From an uncultured Ignavibacteria bacterium (GTDB lineage: Bacteria > Zixibacteria > MSB-5A5 > UM-FILTER-46-8): 64,000 bases of DNA. The position numbers and the translations under genes were made by a program. The notes under the pieces were generated by a model. The model was not told the DNA's origin, made no database searches, and saw only the letters and a program-made list of their open reading frames with translations. Numbering within the stretch: the stretch's first letter is position 1; each line of letters starts with the position of its first letter. Of the stretch, positions 9,357 to 18,455 are shown one piece after another. Where the stretch lies: NCBI GenBank assembly GCA_964563085.1, contig CAZLVS010000002.1, forward strand, positions 62 to 64,061, in the 5' to 3' direction.

Positions 9357-11216
9357 ATGAGCGATTCGACATACAATCCGGAATTCTATAGTCAGTTTGC
9401 GGAAAACCTCCGTCACTGCCTTGACGGTCCCAATATTGAGCATGCAAAACTGCGTCACATTAAATCGCGCGCATTGAAAACAGGCTTTAAAACCAAGTAT
9501 GGTTCTTACGTGTGGCGGTCTGCGGTTTCGTCTCGTATTGGTCCCAAAACAGTATATCTGGGAAGTCCTGAAGTTCGTCTGCCGAAATTAACGCCGGTTA
9601 TGCGAAACATCGTTGAAAATGCGCCGGACGAATTGAACAAGGTTTTACACCTGATGCGAACCCTCCCCTTTGTTCATCTTAAGCGGCAGATGGGGAATAA
9701 TGATGAATACAATCCGATAGTTAATCTTTATATGTCTGTCGCCGATGCCAAGAATTACAGATTGGCATACATGTATGGGAATACGATGTTCAAGCCGTCA
9801 GATCGTCCGGGACCGGAATTTACTATGATTCATATCCCCGAAGAGCATCACCTCAGGCAGCAGGTGCTGGCGTTACCGGAATACCATCTTAATATCTGTT
9901 TGGGTTCCGATTATATGGGCGAGGACAAAAAGGGCTTTTTACGACAGGCGATGTGGAGCGCTGACAAACAAGGTATGCTGGGACTGCACGCCGGCACCAA
10001 ACTGGTCTATGTTTATGACGGCAGCGAAAACCGTTTAAAGAGATACGGTGTTTTCCTTTTCGGTCTTTCCGCAACCGGAAAATCTACCTGGTCATGTCAT
10101 CAGCTCGGTCTGGATTTCGACAAGAAAGAACGCACCGAAGCAATACAGGATGATATAGTATTCCTGAAACCGGACGGCTCGGCTTTTGGCTCCGAAGCCA
10201 ACTTTTTCGTTAAAACCGATGTTGATCCCAAGCTCCAGGAAGCGATGTATAACTCACTGGCAGATAAATCCGCATTGATGGAAAACGTAATGGTGGATGC
10301 CGATGGCGCTCCGGATTTTCTCGATGAAACTTTATGCGGCAACGGACGCGCGGTTATTCAAAAGAGCAAGCTGCGCGTGAGACGAGGAAGAAAATTGGTG
10401 AGTATCGAAGGGGATTCGATTAACTTGCCGCCGGTTTCGGAGTTGGATGGATTGATTTTTGCTTTTATTACGCGTAGAAATACGGTGATGTCGTTCGCTC
10501 AGAAATTAACCGCCGATCAGGCTGCTCTGGCGTACCTCTGGGGAGAGTCCAGCCACAGCGCCGCCTCGGAACCGGACAAAGCCGGCGAGTCGGTGCGTAC
10601 TGTGGGCACAGATCCGTTTATCGTTGGTTCACGCGCCCAAAAGGTTAATCGTTTCTATGAGATTATCAAGGGGCTGGAAGCGCGTTTCCCCGGCAAGGTT
10701 CATTTCCGTCAGTACAACACGGGAGGCGTGGGGGAGATTCTAAAAAAGTATCAGGAAGATGGTACTACTAAGAAAAAGCTGGTGCGCAAAGTAACCCGGG
10801 TACCGATCGATCTGATGGCTGCGATTCAGCGCGGGGATCTGCGGGGAACCAACAGCTACGCTCCCGGTGTTTTCGGCACCGAGGATATCGTATCCTGCGC
10901 TGATGGCGACTTATCACCCTATGATCCATTCAAAATGTATTCAAAAGAGGAAATTCAGGCATACGTGGATGATATCGTGGAAGGGCGGCGACGTTTCACA
11001 GAAGAAATCGCCGAGGAGGGGTTAAAGCCCGAAATAATGAAGATTGCGGAGGAAACCTTCTCGATTAGTTCGAAATATCAAAAGTCGTCGAAAGTCAGGG
11101 TACCCGAAATGCCAAAGGAGGAAAGGAAGGATAGGACTCCCGCTTTTGTCTCAACATCGCTGCCTCCCTCGATATTTAAGGAACCCAAAAGCAGACCTAA
11201 GCGGTGGAGAGCATAG
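9357..11216 (+). CDS. phosphoenolpyruvate carboxykinase (ATP)-like protein, divergent type
   Basis: YMGEDKKG, GLHAG, P-loop FGLSATGKST, QDD, NGRA and YNTG motifs. Confidence 0.8.
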   Translation: MSDSTYNPEFYSQFAENLRHCLDGPNIEHAKLRHIKSRALKTGFKTKYGSYVWRSAVSSRIGPKTVYLGSPEVRLPKLTPVMRNIVENAPDELNKVLHLMRTLPFVHLKRQMGNNDEYNPIVNLYMSVADAKNYRLAYMYGNTMFKPSDRPGPEFTMIHIPEEHHLRQQVLALPEYHLNICLGSDYMGEDKKGFLRQAMWSADKQGMLGLHAGTKLVYVYDGSENRLKRYGVFLFGLSATGKSTWSCHQLGLDFDKKERTEAIQDDIVFLKPDGSAFGSEANFFVKTDVDPKLQEAMYNSLADKSALMENVMVDADGAPDFLDETLCGNGRAVIQKSKLRVRRGRKLVSIEGDSINLPPVSELDGLIFAFITRRNTVMSFAQKLTADQAALAYLWGESSHSAASEPDKAGESVRTVGTDPFIVGSRAQKVNRFYEIIKGLEARFPGKVHFRQYNTGGVGEILKKYQEDGTTKKKLVRKVTRVPIDLMAAIQRGDLRGTNSYAPGVFGTEDIVSCADGDLSPYDPFKMYSKEEIQAYVDDIVEGRRRFTEEIAEEGLKPEIMKIAEETFSISSKYQKSSKVRVPEMPKEERKDRTPAFVSTSLPPSIFKEPKSRPKRWRA

Positions 11217-11236
11217 GCTGATATAACAGAACGAAA

Positions 11237-12400
11237 TTGAATTTCATTCAGGAGATTCCAATAAAGGCTAAATTAAAAAACCTTTATCACAAGATCCCTG
11301 CATCCCTTCTTTTTCCTATACATCTATTTATTATTACAAGAATGGCGCTGACTATTATCGGGGTGGGCGCTGTGAGATATACCGGGACTTTCTTCGGCCG
11401 TGACATCACCGGGAAGTTCTCCGAACACCTCTGGCTGGATATCTGGGGACAATGGGATACCGGATGGTACTTAGATATCGCAGTTAACGGATATTCCACT
11501 AACATACTGACCGATCCGGGTATGGTTGGACAAGCCAACTATGCTTTCTTCCCTTTGTACCCGATGTTAATCAGAGTAATCGGATGGCTAACAGGGAATT
11601 ACTTCATTATCGGACTGCTCCTCTCCAATGCGTTTCTGATTTTCGCATCCATTTACCTGTACAAAATGGTGAGGTCTCATTACGATGAAGATATGGCGAA
11701 GAAAACCATCAGATATCTATTTATTTTCCCCACCTCTTTTGTTTTATCCGGAGTTCTCACTGAATCGGTGTTTTTATTACTTGTTGTTTTGTGCTTCTTT
11801 TTTGCAGATAGGAGAAATTGGCTGCTCGTTGGAGCGCTGGGATTGCTATTATCACTGACCAGGAGTATCGGTGTAGTCGTGTCAATCCCGTTATTCTATA
11901 TGTATATCAAGTCTATTAGTTTTGATTTCAAACGTATTGACTACAAAATTCTCTACTTCGCTGTCTTCCCCCTGGGATTGGGGATGTTTATGCTGCATAA
12001 TTATTATCTCACAGGAGATTTATTAGCCTTTGTTCATATTCAAGCCGCCTGGGAAAGGGAGCTTTCGAACCCGGTGTCAGTTCTCTGGAATAGCCTATTT
12101 CATGAAAGGTTCTATCATGCCGCTTTTGCAATTATGTCTATCGTAATATTGGCTATAATACTATTTTGGCGAAAAGCGATTGAATTTCCATATTTAATAT
12201 ACTCGCTTCTGGTGTTACTTGTACCTCTCAGTTCATCTATTCTCAGTATGCCCCGCTTTATGGTGGTTGCATTTCCATTATATATAATTTTCGCACGCTG
12301 GTCGGAGAATTCGTTTTATGACCGGGCGCTCACAGTAACTTTCGCCATGTTTCAAGGCTTTCTGATGACTATGTGGGCTAACGGTATGCTGCTGATATGA
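11237..12400 (+). CDS. GT-C mannosyltransferase (PIG-V/Mannosyl_trans2-like)
   Basis: WDTGWY..IA..GY, AFFPLYP, TES and R..G motifs in a multi-TM protein. Confidence 0.85.
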   Translation: MNFIQEIPIKAKLKNLYHKIPASLLFPIHLFIITRMALTIIGVGAVRYTGTFFGRDITGKFSEHLWLDIWGQWDTGWYLDIAVNGYSTNILTDPGMVGQANYAFFPLYPMLIRVIGWLTGNYFIIGLLLSNAFLIFASIYLYKMVRSHYDEDMAKKTIRYLFIFPTSFVLSGVLTESVFLLLVVLCFFFADRRNWLLVGALGLLLSLTRSIGVVVSIPLFYMYIKSISFDFKRIDYKILYFAVFPLGLGMFMLHNYYLTGDLLAFVHIQAAWERELSNPVSVLWNSLFHERFYHAAFAIMSIVILAIILFWRKAIEFPYLIYSLLVLLVPLSSSILSMPRFMVVAFPLYIIFARWSENSFYDRALTVTFAMFQGFLMTMWANGMLLI

Positions 12401-12413
12401 TCTTTTAATAATT

Positions 12414-12500
12414 TTATCCCGCCGCTTCGTCCGCATCGAACTCTACACACCGTCCTTCCGCAATCCTATTCAGGAAATTGAAATAACTGAGGATCATATT
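12414..12500 (-). pseudogene. C-terminal remnant of an AhpD-like peroxidase-related enzyme
   Basis: Minus strand reads NMILSYFNFLNRIAEGRCVEFDADEAAG*, like the family end YFNFxNRIAxGLGVE; abuts MITE copy 2. Confidence 0.55.
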
Positions 12501-12665
12501 TGTCCTGTATTGTTCATAAATTTCTTTATTGGTAGCGGAAGACTTGCGCTTCCGGCGTTTCTCTGAGAAACTCTATTCCAATCCGTAAATGACCTGCTTC
12601 TATTAAGCTCCCGAAGGACAAGCCTTCGGCTACGGATTAATGGGTTTTATGAATTATCCGGGTTA
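12501..12665 (+). mobile_element. 165-bp MITE-like repeat, copy 2
   Basis: Same TIRs and paired hairpins as other copies. Confidence 0.85.
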
Positions 12666-12706
12666 ACTTGCAGCCGAAGGCGGAGAGATAAGCATGTTTC
12701 TTTTAG

Positions 12707-12826
12707 CCCTCATCCCCTTGCCCCTTCTCCCAATAAATGGGAGAAGGGGAATTGAGCGGATATCTTGTATTCACTATAATCATTTTATTCTTTCCTTATC
12801 CCTCTCCCGTTCAGCGGGAGAGGGCG
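12707..12826. repeat. extragenic palindromes (CCCCTTCTCCC..GGGAGAAGGGG; CCCTCTCCC..GGGAGAGGG)
   Basis: Two GC-rich hairpins of a widespread REP-like type. Confidence 0.55.
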
Positions 12827-12837
12827 CCTTGACGAAT

Positions 12838-13537
12838 TCAAGGCGGGTGAAGGAAATATCGACGCGCCAAATCGAGCGACCCTGGCTTCGCCTCTCTGTA
12901 TGACACTTGCATGCTTATCCCGCCATCAGCGGTCGCCTGTATGGAATTTGCCTTATCAAATCCTGGTTCTTCGTAAGTTCGCATCCAGATTACCTCTCCG
13001 CTGATATCTGTCTTCAGAACAAACCAGTCATCATCGCTGCCATAAGACTCGGACAATCCCGCCAAAACAAAAAACGTTGTCATTCCCTATTGCCCATGAT
13101 TGTGCACCGTCGTACAATTCTCCCCCATAAGTTTCGCCCCGCAAAGAATCTCCGTCCAAACTAATATTGACCAGCCAGGCATCATCCTCTGCTTCCGCGG
13201 AAACCTGCGTATAGCCGGATGCCGCATATAAGTCGTTGTACTGATGAATCGAGGTGATGGTATGATAGGTTTCACCTCCAAAGAGCGAGGTCCATATTGT
13301 ACCTCCCTCACAATCGGTTTTTACGATATAAGCGTCGATGAGAGTATTGCTTTGCATTAAACCCGCGAGAACATAATAGCCATCATCGGTGATGATCATA
13401 TCATTCGCTGCGGTTCCGTGTTCTCCGCCGTATGTTCTGGTCCAAAGCGTATCCGATTGAGCTATAGCTTGAGCGCTAAGGGCAATGAATGCCACTCCTA
13501 TTAAGAGATATCTGGTTATGCTTTTAAAAATTTTCAT
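12838..13537 (-). pseudogene. frameshifted, truncated secreted repeat protein (WTRTYGG-type repeats)
   Basis: Signal peptide and DTLWTRTYGG repeats continue in the second frame (FVLAGLSESYG..WMRTY) across the A6 tract at 13069-13074; similarity lost after ATADGG near 12920. Confidence 0.75.
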
Positions 13538-13666
13538 CTCGACGCCTGAGCTGACATTATAACCATATATAACCAATTATGCAAGGAACATACGCATTAC
13601 ACAATTAATGTAACCATCAATATGACAATCGATTATCGGACATTCGGGGTTTGTGACATTTTTCAC

Positions 13667-13708
13667 TTGACAAACTTAATATTATCATTTTACTATACTT
13701 ATAGTAAA
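13667..13708 (+). promoter_or_regulatory. sigma70-like promoter with overlapping palindromic operator candidate
   Basis: TTGACA-N18-TACTAT; perfect inverted repeat TTTACTAT-ACTT-ATAGTAAA at 13689-13708. Confidence 0.5.
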
Positions 13709-13760
13709 TTGATAAGGTTAGTAATGTTCTAACCGATTTTTGGAATGGTAGGAAAACATC

Positions 13761-13941
13761 GAGGGACAAGAATGTCCCCCCTACCTGAGACAGTAGAGCC
13801 GACATTCTTGTCGGCGGATTAAGGTTTGATAAGTAATGCAGGCCGGGTTCCAAAGTTGTGCTCAGCGCAGCCCAGAAATGAGACAACCTTTACCGAAGGA
13901 TACTTCGTTCGTTGGATACCGAGGGACAAACCTTCGGCTGC
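13761..13941. repeat. cluster of GTAG-type REP-like hairpins
   Basis: GAGGGACAAGAATGTCCCCCCTAC, GTAGAGCCGACATTCTTGTCGGC, CCGAGGGACAAACCTTCGGCTGC. Confidence 0.6.
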
Positions 13942-13968
13942 CATTGTGGATTGGATGAGTCTTAAGAT

Positions 13969-14490
13969 ATGAAAATTTCAACCAGAGCGCGATACGGACT
14001 GAGGATGGTTATTGAGTTAGCGCGTGAACTCAAAAAAAACGATCTTGTTCATTTGGGAAAAATCGCCCAAATAACGGGATTATCCGAAAACTATCTGGCG
14101 CAACTCGCCATTCCGTTGAAAAACAGCGGATTGCTGATAGGCGTTTCCGGTAAAAAGGGCGGTTATCACCTTGCCCGTCCGCCGGAAAATATAACGGTAG
14201 GGGATGTAGTAAATGCGGTTATCGGACCGGCTACACTCACCGATTGCGTGAGTCATCCCGATGTATGCCTTAATTCCAGTTTCTGCGAAGCGCGAATAAT
14301 CTGGACAATCCTCAGCGGCAGAATATCGCAAACGCTGGAGGAATATACTATCGCGGATTTGATAGACAAAGATACGGTTTCTAACATAAAAAGGGAGTAT
14401 TCGGATATGCCGCTGATCGACCCGGACCAGGTTATGTCGGAGGAAATCGACAGTGGTGCCCCCGGTAGTCCAACGAAAACAATTAAGTAG
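13969..14490 (+). CDS. Rrf2 family transcriptional regulator (Fe-S type)
   Basis: MKISTRARYGLR, YLAQL, GKKGGY.LARP and three Cys (CVSHPDVCLNSSFC). Confidence 0.92.
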   Translation: MKISTRARYGLRMVIELARELKKNDLVHLGKIAQITGLSENYLAQLAIPLKNSGLLIGVSGKKGGYHLARPPENITVGDVVNAVIGPATLTDCVSHPDVCLNSSFCEARIIWTILSGRISQTLEEYTIADLIDKDTVSNIKREYSDMPLIDPDQVMSEEIDSGAPGSPTKTIK

Positions 14491-14511
14491 TTAAAATATA
14501 AGGATCAGTTT

Positions 14512-15441
14512 ATGGGTGTCATACAAATTATAACTTATATCTCCGTAATTGTCGCCTTTGTAGCTATGGCGGCGAAAGCGTTGCGCTACATGAAAGCCCC
14601 GGTTCATTTCCGCTGGGAGCTTTATCCGGTTCCGCACGAAAGAGGGCGCGCCGATTACGGCGGTTCTTACCTCGAAGAACTCGACTGGTGGACGAAGGAA
14701 CGTCATTCCGATATCTTCAGGGAAATTAAAGAGATGTTCCGGGAGATTGTATTTCTGAAAGGCGTTTTTCATCACAATCGACGAGTATGGACATCTTCAT
14801 TCCCGTTCCATTTCGGATTGTATCTGACGATAGGATGGCTCTGCTTGCTGCTTCTGGGAGCTATCCTGCAGATTGCGGATGTGGAAATATCCTCCGGCGC
14901 TTCATTTATAGGCGCGTTAATCCATTATTTGACAATGATATGTGGATATGCGGGATTTGTGCTGGCAGGTATTGGCGCTTTCGGACTGCTGATTTGGCGA
15001 CTTACCGATCCCAAACAGCGACCATATAATTCGCCATCGGATTATTTTAACCTGATCTTTTTCGATGTCGTGATAGTGGTGGCATTGATATCGCATCTGA
15101 CGATGGATTCAGAGTTTGTTGCCATGCGAGGCTATGTGCAATCGCTGATTACATTTACATCCTTCAGCTCTCCGGGCGCTATTTTTTCGCTGGAACTTAT
15201 CATAATGTCGCTGCTAATAATGTATATACCGTTGACACGAATGTCTCATTTTGTTGCCAAGTATTTCCTCTATCATTCGGTACGATGGAATGATGAACCT
15301 AACTTCAAGGGGAGCAAGTTGGAGAAAAATATTATGAAGATGCTAAACAATAGAGTTAGCTGGAGCGCTCCCCATATACAGAAAGGACAACCGTGGTCAG
15401 AAGTGGTTAAGGAGATGAAAGATGACTCAGAAACAGACTAA
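14512..15441 (+). CDS. DsrM/HmeC-like membrane cytochrome b (NarI family)
   Basis: RWELYPVPHE, PFHFG and MSHF motifs; TM helices; overlaps the dsrK-like gene. Confidence 0.8.
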   Translation: MGVIQIITYISVIVAFVAMAAKALRYMKAPVHFRWELYPVPHERGRADYGGSYLEELDWWTKERHSDIFREIKEMFREIVFLKGVFHHNRRVWTSSFPFHFGLYLTIGWLCLLLLGAILQIADVEISSGASFIGALIHYLTMICGYAGFVLAGIGAFGLLIWRLTDPKQRPYNSPSDYFNLIFFDVVIVVALISHLTMDSEFVAMRGYVQSLITFTSFSSPGAIFSLELIIMSLLIMYIPLTRMSHFVAKYFLYHSVRWNDEPNFKGSKLEKNIMKMLNNRVSWSAPHIQKGQPWSEVVKEMKDDSETD

Positions 15442-17032
15442 GATAAAAGACCTAAGCAATAACAAAGACCAGCTTCATGTAGTAGAACCAAAAGAGCTGC
15501 CGAAATTCCCATATCCTTACGAAGACTGGGAAGATCCTCCTTTTCCGGAGGTCAGCGAGGCGAAGAAAGCTACCAAAGACACTTCTCTCGACGGCGTCCT
15601 GAACGTTCCGGTGCCGATTCCGGAGACCGAAGAAGAAAAGGAAAAATTGGTTGCGAAGTTTTTGGAGGGCTTGCGCAAGCTCCTTTCGGTCGAGGATAAC
15701 TGGATGTTCCTCAAGCCGCTGATGCTTTCTTTGGAAAATTGCGTAAAGTGCAACACATGCGCCGAAGCCTGCCCGATGTATGAAATGAGCGGGCGCGCTG
15801 AGATTTATAAGCCCCTATTTCGTTCCGATGTACTTCGCAGGGTTATCAATAAGTATATTAAACCGGGCGGCAAAATTACGGCAAAATTCACCGGTTCCGA
15901 TATAGATTTGAACTGGGAAACAGTCGCCCGCCTGGCTCAGATGTCATACCGCTGCACCCTCTGCAGAAGGTGCGCGCAGACCTGTCCGATGGGCGTCGAT
16001 AACGGACTATTAGCAAGAGAAATCCGCAAAGTTTTCAGCCAGGAGCTCGGTATCGCCGCTAGCGAACTTCATGAAGACGGCACCGTCAAGCAGCTTAAGG
16101 TCGGTTCATCAACCGGAATATCGCCAACCGCATTGATGGATATCTTCGAATTTATGGAAGAAGATATCACCGACCGCACCGGACTAAATATTAAAATGCC
16201 GTTTGATAAATCAGGCGCGGATATCCTTCTGGTGCATAACGCCGGCGAGTTCCTTTCCTGGCCCGAGAATGCGGAGGCATTCGCTATCATTTTCGAAGCC
16301 GCCGGTTTAAGCTGGACACTTTCCAGCGACCTGGTCGGTTACGACTCGGTTAACTACGGGCTTTTTTACGAAGATGTCCAGTTGGCGCGCGTTACTCTCA
16401 AGCATGCTGAGATAGCCAAGAAGCTGGGTGTAAAAAAGGTCGTCATGGCGGAATGCGGCCATGCTCACAAAGCGGCGATGGCGATCGGCGACCGGGTATG
16501 GGTGGACGAAGCCAATATCCCGCGCGAATCAAGTCTGGTGACACTGGAACAGATCGTTACGAACGATATGATCAAGCTCGATCCGGAACGCAACCAGTTC
16601 CCGGTTACCCTGCATGATCCCTGCAACGTGACCCGTTCCATGGGGATTATTCAACCGCAGAGACGAGTGATCAAAAAGATTTGCCCGCAGTTCCGGGAGA
16701 TGACCCCTCATGGCGTAAACAACTACTGCTGCGGCGGCGGAAGCGGATTCGCCATTATGCAGTCTAACAACTTCCCGAACTGGCGCAACCTAATCTCCGG
16801 GCGGAAAAAATTCGACCAGATATTAAGGGCATTCACCCGCGAGGAATACGACAACAAGGTGAATAAGTATGTTTGCGCTCCTTGTTCGAACTGCAAGGGA
16901 CAGATTAGAGACCTGCTGACATATTACGATGCCTGGGAAAGAGCACAGATAATGTATGGCGGCTTGGTAGAGCTAATTGTAAATGCCATGACCGATGTCC
17001 CCGAAGGTTTCATCGAGTGGGAACTGCATTAG
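15422..17032 (+). CDS. DsrK/HmeD-like Fe-S oxidoreductase (HdrD-type CCG domain)
   Basis: Two CxxCxxCxxxCP motifs plus ECGH, HDPCN, CCGGGSG and PCSNC. Confidence 0.85.
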   Translation: MTQKQTKIKDLSNNKDQLHVVEPKELPKFPYPYEDWEDPPFPEVSEAKKATKDTSLDGVLNVPVPIPETEEEKEKLVAKFLEGLRKLLSVEDNWMFLKPLMLSLENCVKCNTCAEACPMYEMSGRAEIYKPLFRSDVLRRVINKYIKPGGKITAKFTGSDIDLNWETVARLAQMSYRCTLCRRCAQTCPMGVDNGLLAREIRKVFSQELGIAASELHEDGTVKQLKVGSSTGISPTALMDIFEFMEEDITDRTGLNIKMPFDKSGADILLVHNAGEFLSWPENAEAFAIIFEAAGLSWTLSSDLVGYDSVNYGLFYEDVQLARVTLKHAEIAKKLGVKKVVMAECGHAHKAAMAIGDRVWVDEANIPRESSLVTLEQIVTNDMIKLDPERNQFPVTLHDPCNVTRSMGIIQPQRRVIKKICPQFREMTPHGVNNYCCGGGSGFAIMQSNNFPNWRNLISGRKKFDQILRAFTREEYDNKVNKYVCAPCSNCKGQIRDLLTYYDAWERAQIMYGGLVELIVNAMTDVPEGFIEWELH

Positions 17033-17057
17033 CTCCGAAGCGTCAAATTTACAGTAC

Positions 17058-17126
17058 GTAGCCGAGGGCTTGCCCCTCGGTTTTATTATTATACGTAGGG
17101 GCAGGTTTCACCCCTGCCCCTTTTTA
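17058..17126 (+). repeat. two free GTAG REP hairpins; the second may act as terminator
   Basis: GTAGCCGAGGGCTTGCCCCTCGG, and GTAGGGGCAGG...CCTGCCCC followed by a T run. Confidence 0.6.
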
Positions 17127-17178
17127 CTTTTACTCTGACTATCGAGAGTGTTTTGTAGTATAGAATTTCATGAAGAAA

Positions 17179-17457
17179 TTACTTCAGCAGTATCATTCTT
17201 TTAACGAATTTCGAGTCTCCGGCGGTCATTCTATAGAAGTAAATTCCGCTGGCGAAGTTGGAAGCGTCCCAAGTTAATTTATGATACCCAGCTTCCTGTT
17301 GCGAACTAACCAATGTAGCTACCTTTCTACCTAAGATGTTGAACACATCCAGCCTAACATAGCTCTCCTCAGGTAACTGATATGAAATGGACGTTACGGC
17401 ATTAAAGGGATTAGGATAGTTATAATTCATCGAAAATTCAGTTGGTAGCGACTGGTC
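17179..17457 (-). pseudogene. orphan T9SS-like CTD remnant
   Basis: DQSLPTEFSMNYNYPNPFN...KRMILLK preceded by in-frame stops; no signal peptide or cargo. Confidence 0.7.
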
Positions 17458-17696
17458 TTATTAAACCTTCCCCCTTTCCGAATCCGATATAAATTTTACT
17501 GCTGTAATTCATTAAACCCCGGACATTAGAAGTACATGATTATATTTCTGTATATCTATAATAAATATTTTAAAGCATGTCGAGGGTTAGCCTGATTGCA
17601 TACTTGATACTCCTTTTCCCTTGCTAAAAAGTGAGCGTTATAGTAAAATTACCTGTTGTGCTGTATTCTATGGAGTTGACATTATAATTCGATGAT

Positions 17697-18455
17697 ATGG
17701 GCGAAATAATAGCGATAACTAACCAGAAAGGCGGCGTGGGGAAGACCACCACAGCCATTAATCTCTCCGCATGTCTTGCTGTGGCGGAGAAGAAAACATT
17801 GCTCATCGATATAGATCCGCAGGCTAACACTACCAGCGGGGTCGGATTTCCGCGGGAGGATATCGATTATTGTATCTACGAATGCCTGATTGACGGAGTT
17901 GGAACAGATGAGGTTATCAAGCCAACATCAACACCGAATCTCTCCTTGATACCCTCGCACATCAAGCTGGTTGGCGCTGAGATAGAGCTGGTCAATATGC
18001 CGCGACGGGAGAAGGTGCTTCATTCACGGCTCTCCGAGGTCAAGGACGATTACGATTATATCATAATCGACTGCCCCCCTTCGCTTGGATTGCTTACTTT
18101 AAATACGCTTACCGCCGCCGATTCAGCATTGATACCTATCCAATGTGAATATTACGCATTAGAGGGATTGGGACAGCTTATTAATACTATAAATCTGGTT
18201 AAAAAGAATTTAAATCCGAAACTTAAGATAAAAGGCGTGGTATTAACCATGTACGATTCCCGTCTTCGCCTTGCCAAGCAGGTTGCCGAAGAGGCTCGGG
18301 AATTCTTCGGAAGCAAAGTATATGATTCGGTTATAAATCGAAACGTGCGGCTGTCGGAAGCGCCCAGTTACGGACAGCCGATAATTATGTATGATATTCT
18401 TTCGACGGGTGCTGAGAACTACAGTCAACTGGCTAAGGAGATAATGGAGAAATGA
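17697..18455 (+). CDS. parA: chromosome partitioning ATPase ParA/Soj
   Basis: NQKGGVGKTT, DIDPQAN, DCPPSLG and RNVRLSEAPS motifs. Confidence 0.97.
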   Translation: MGEIIAITNQKGGVGKTTTAINLSACLAVAEKKTLLIDIDPQANTTSGVGFPREDIDYCIYECLIDGVGTDEVIKPTSTPNLSLIPSHIKLVGAEIELVNMPRREKVLHSRLSEVKDDYDYIIIDCPPSLGLLTLNTLTAADSALIPIQCEYYALEGLGQLINTINLVKKNLNPKLKIKGVVLTMYDSRLRLAKQVAEEAREFFGSKVYDSVINRNVRLSEAPSYGQPIIMYDILSTGAENYSQLAKEIMEK

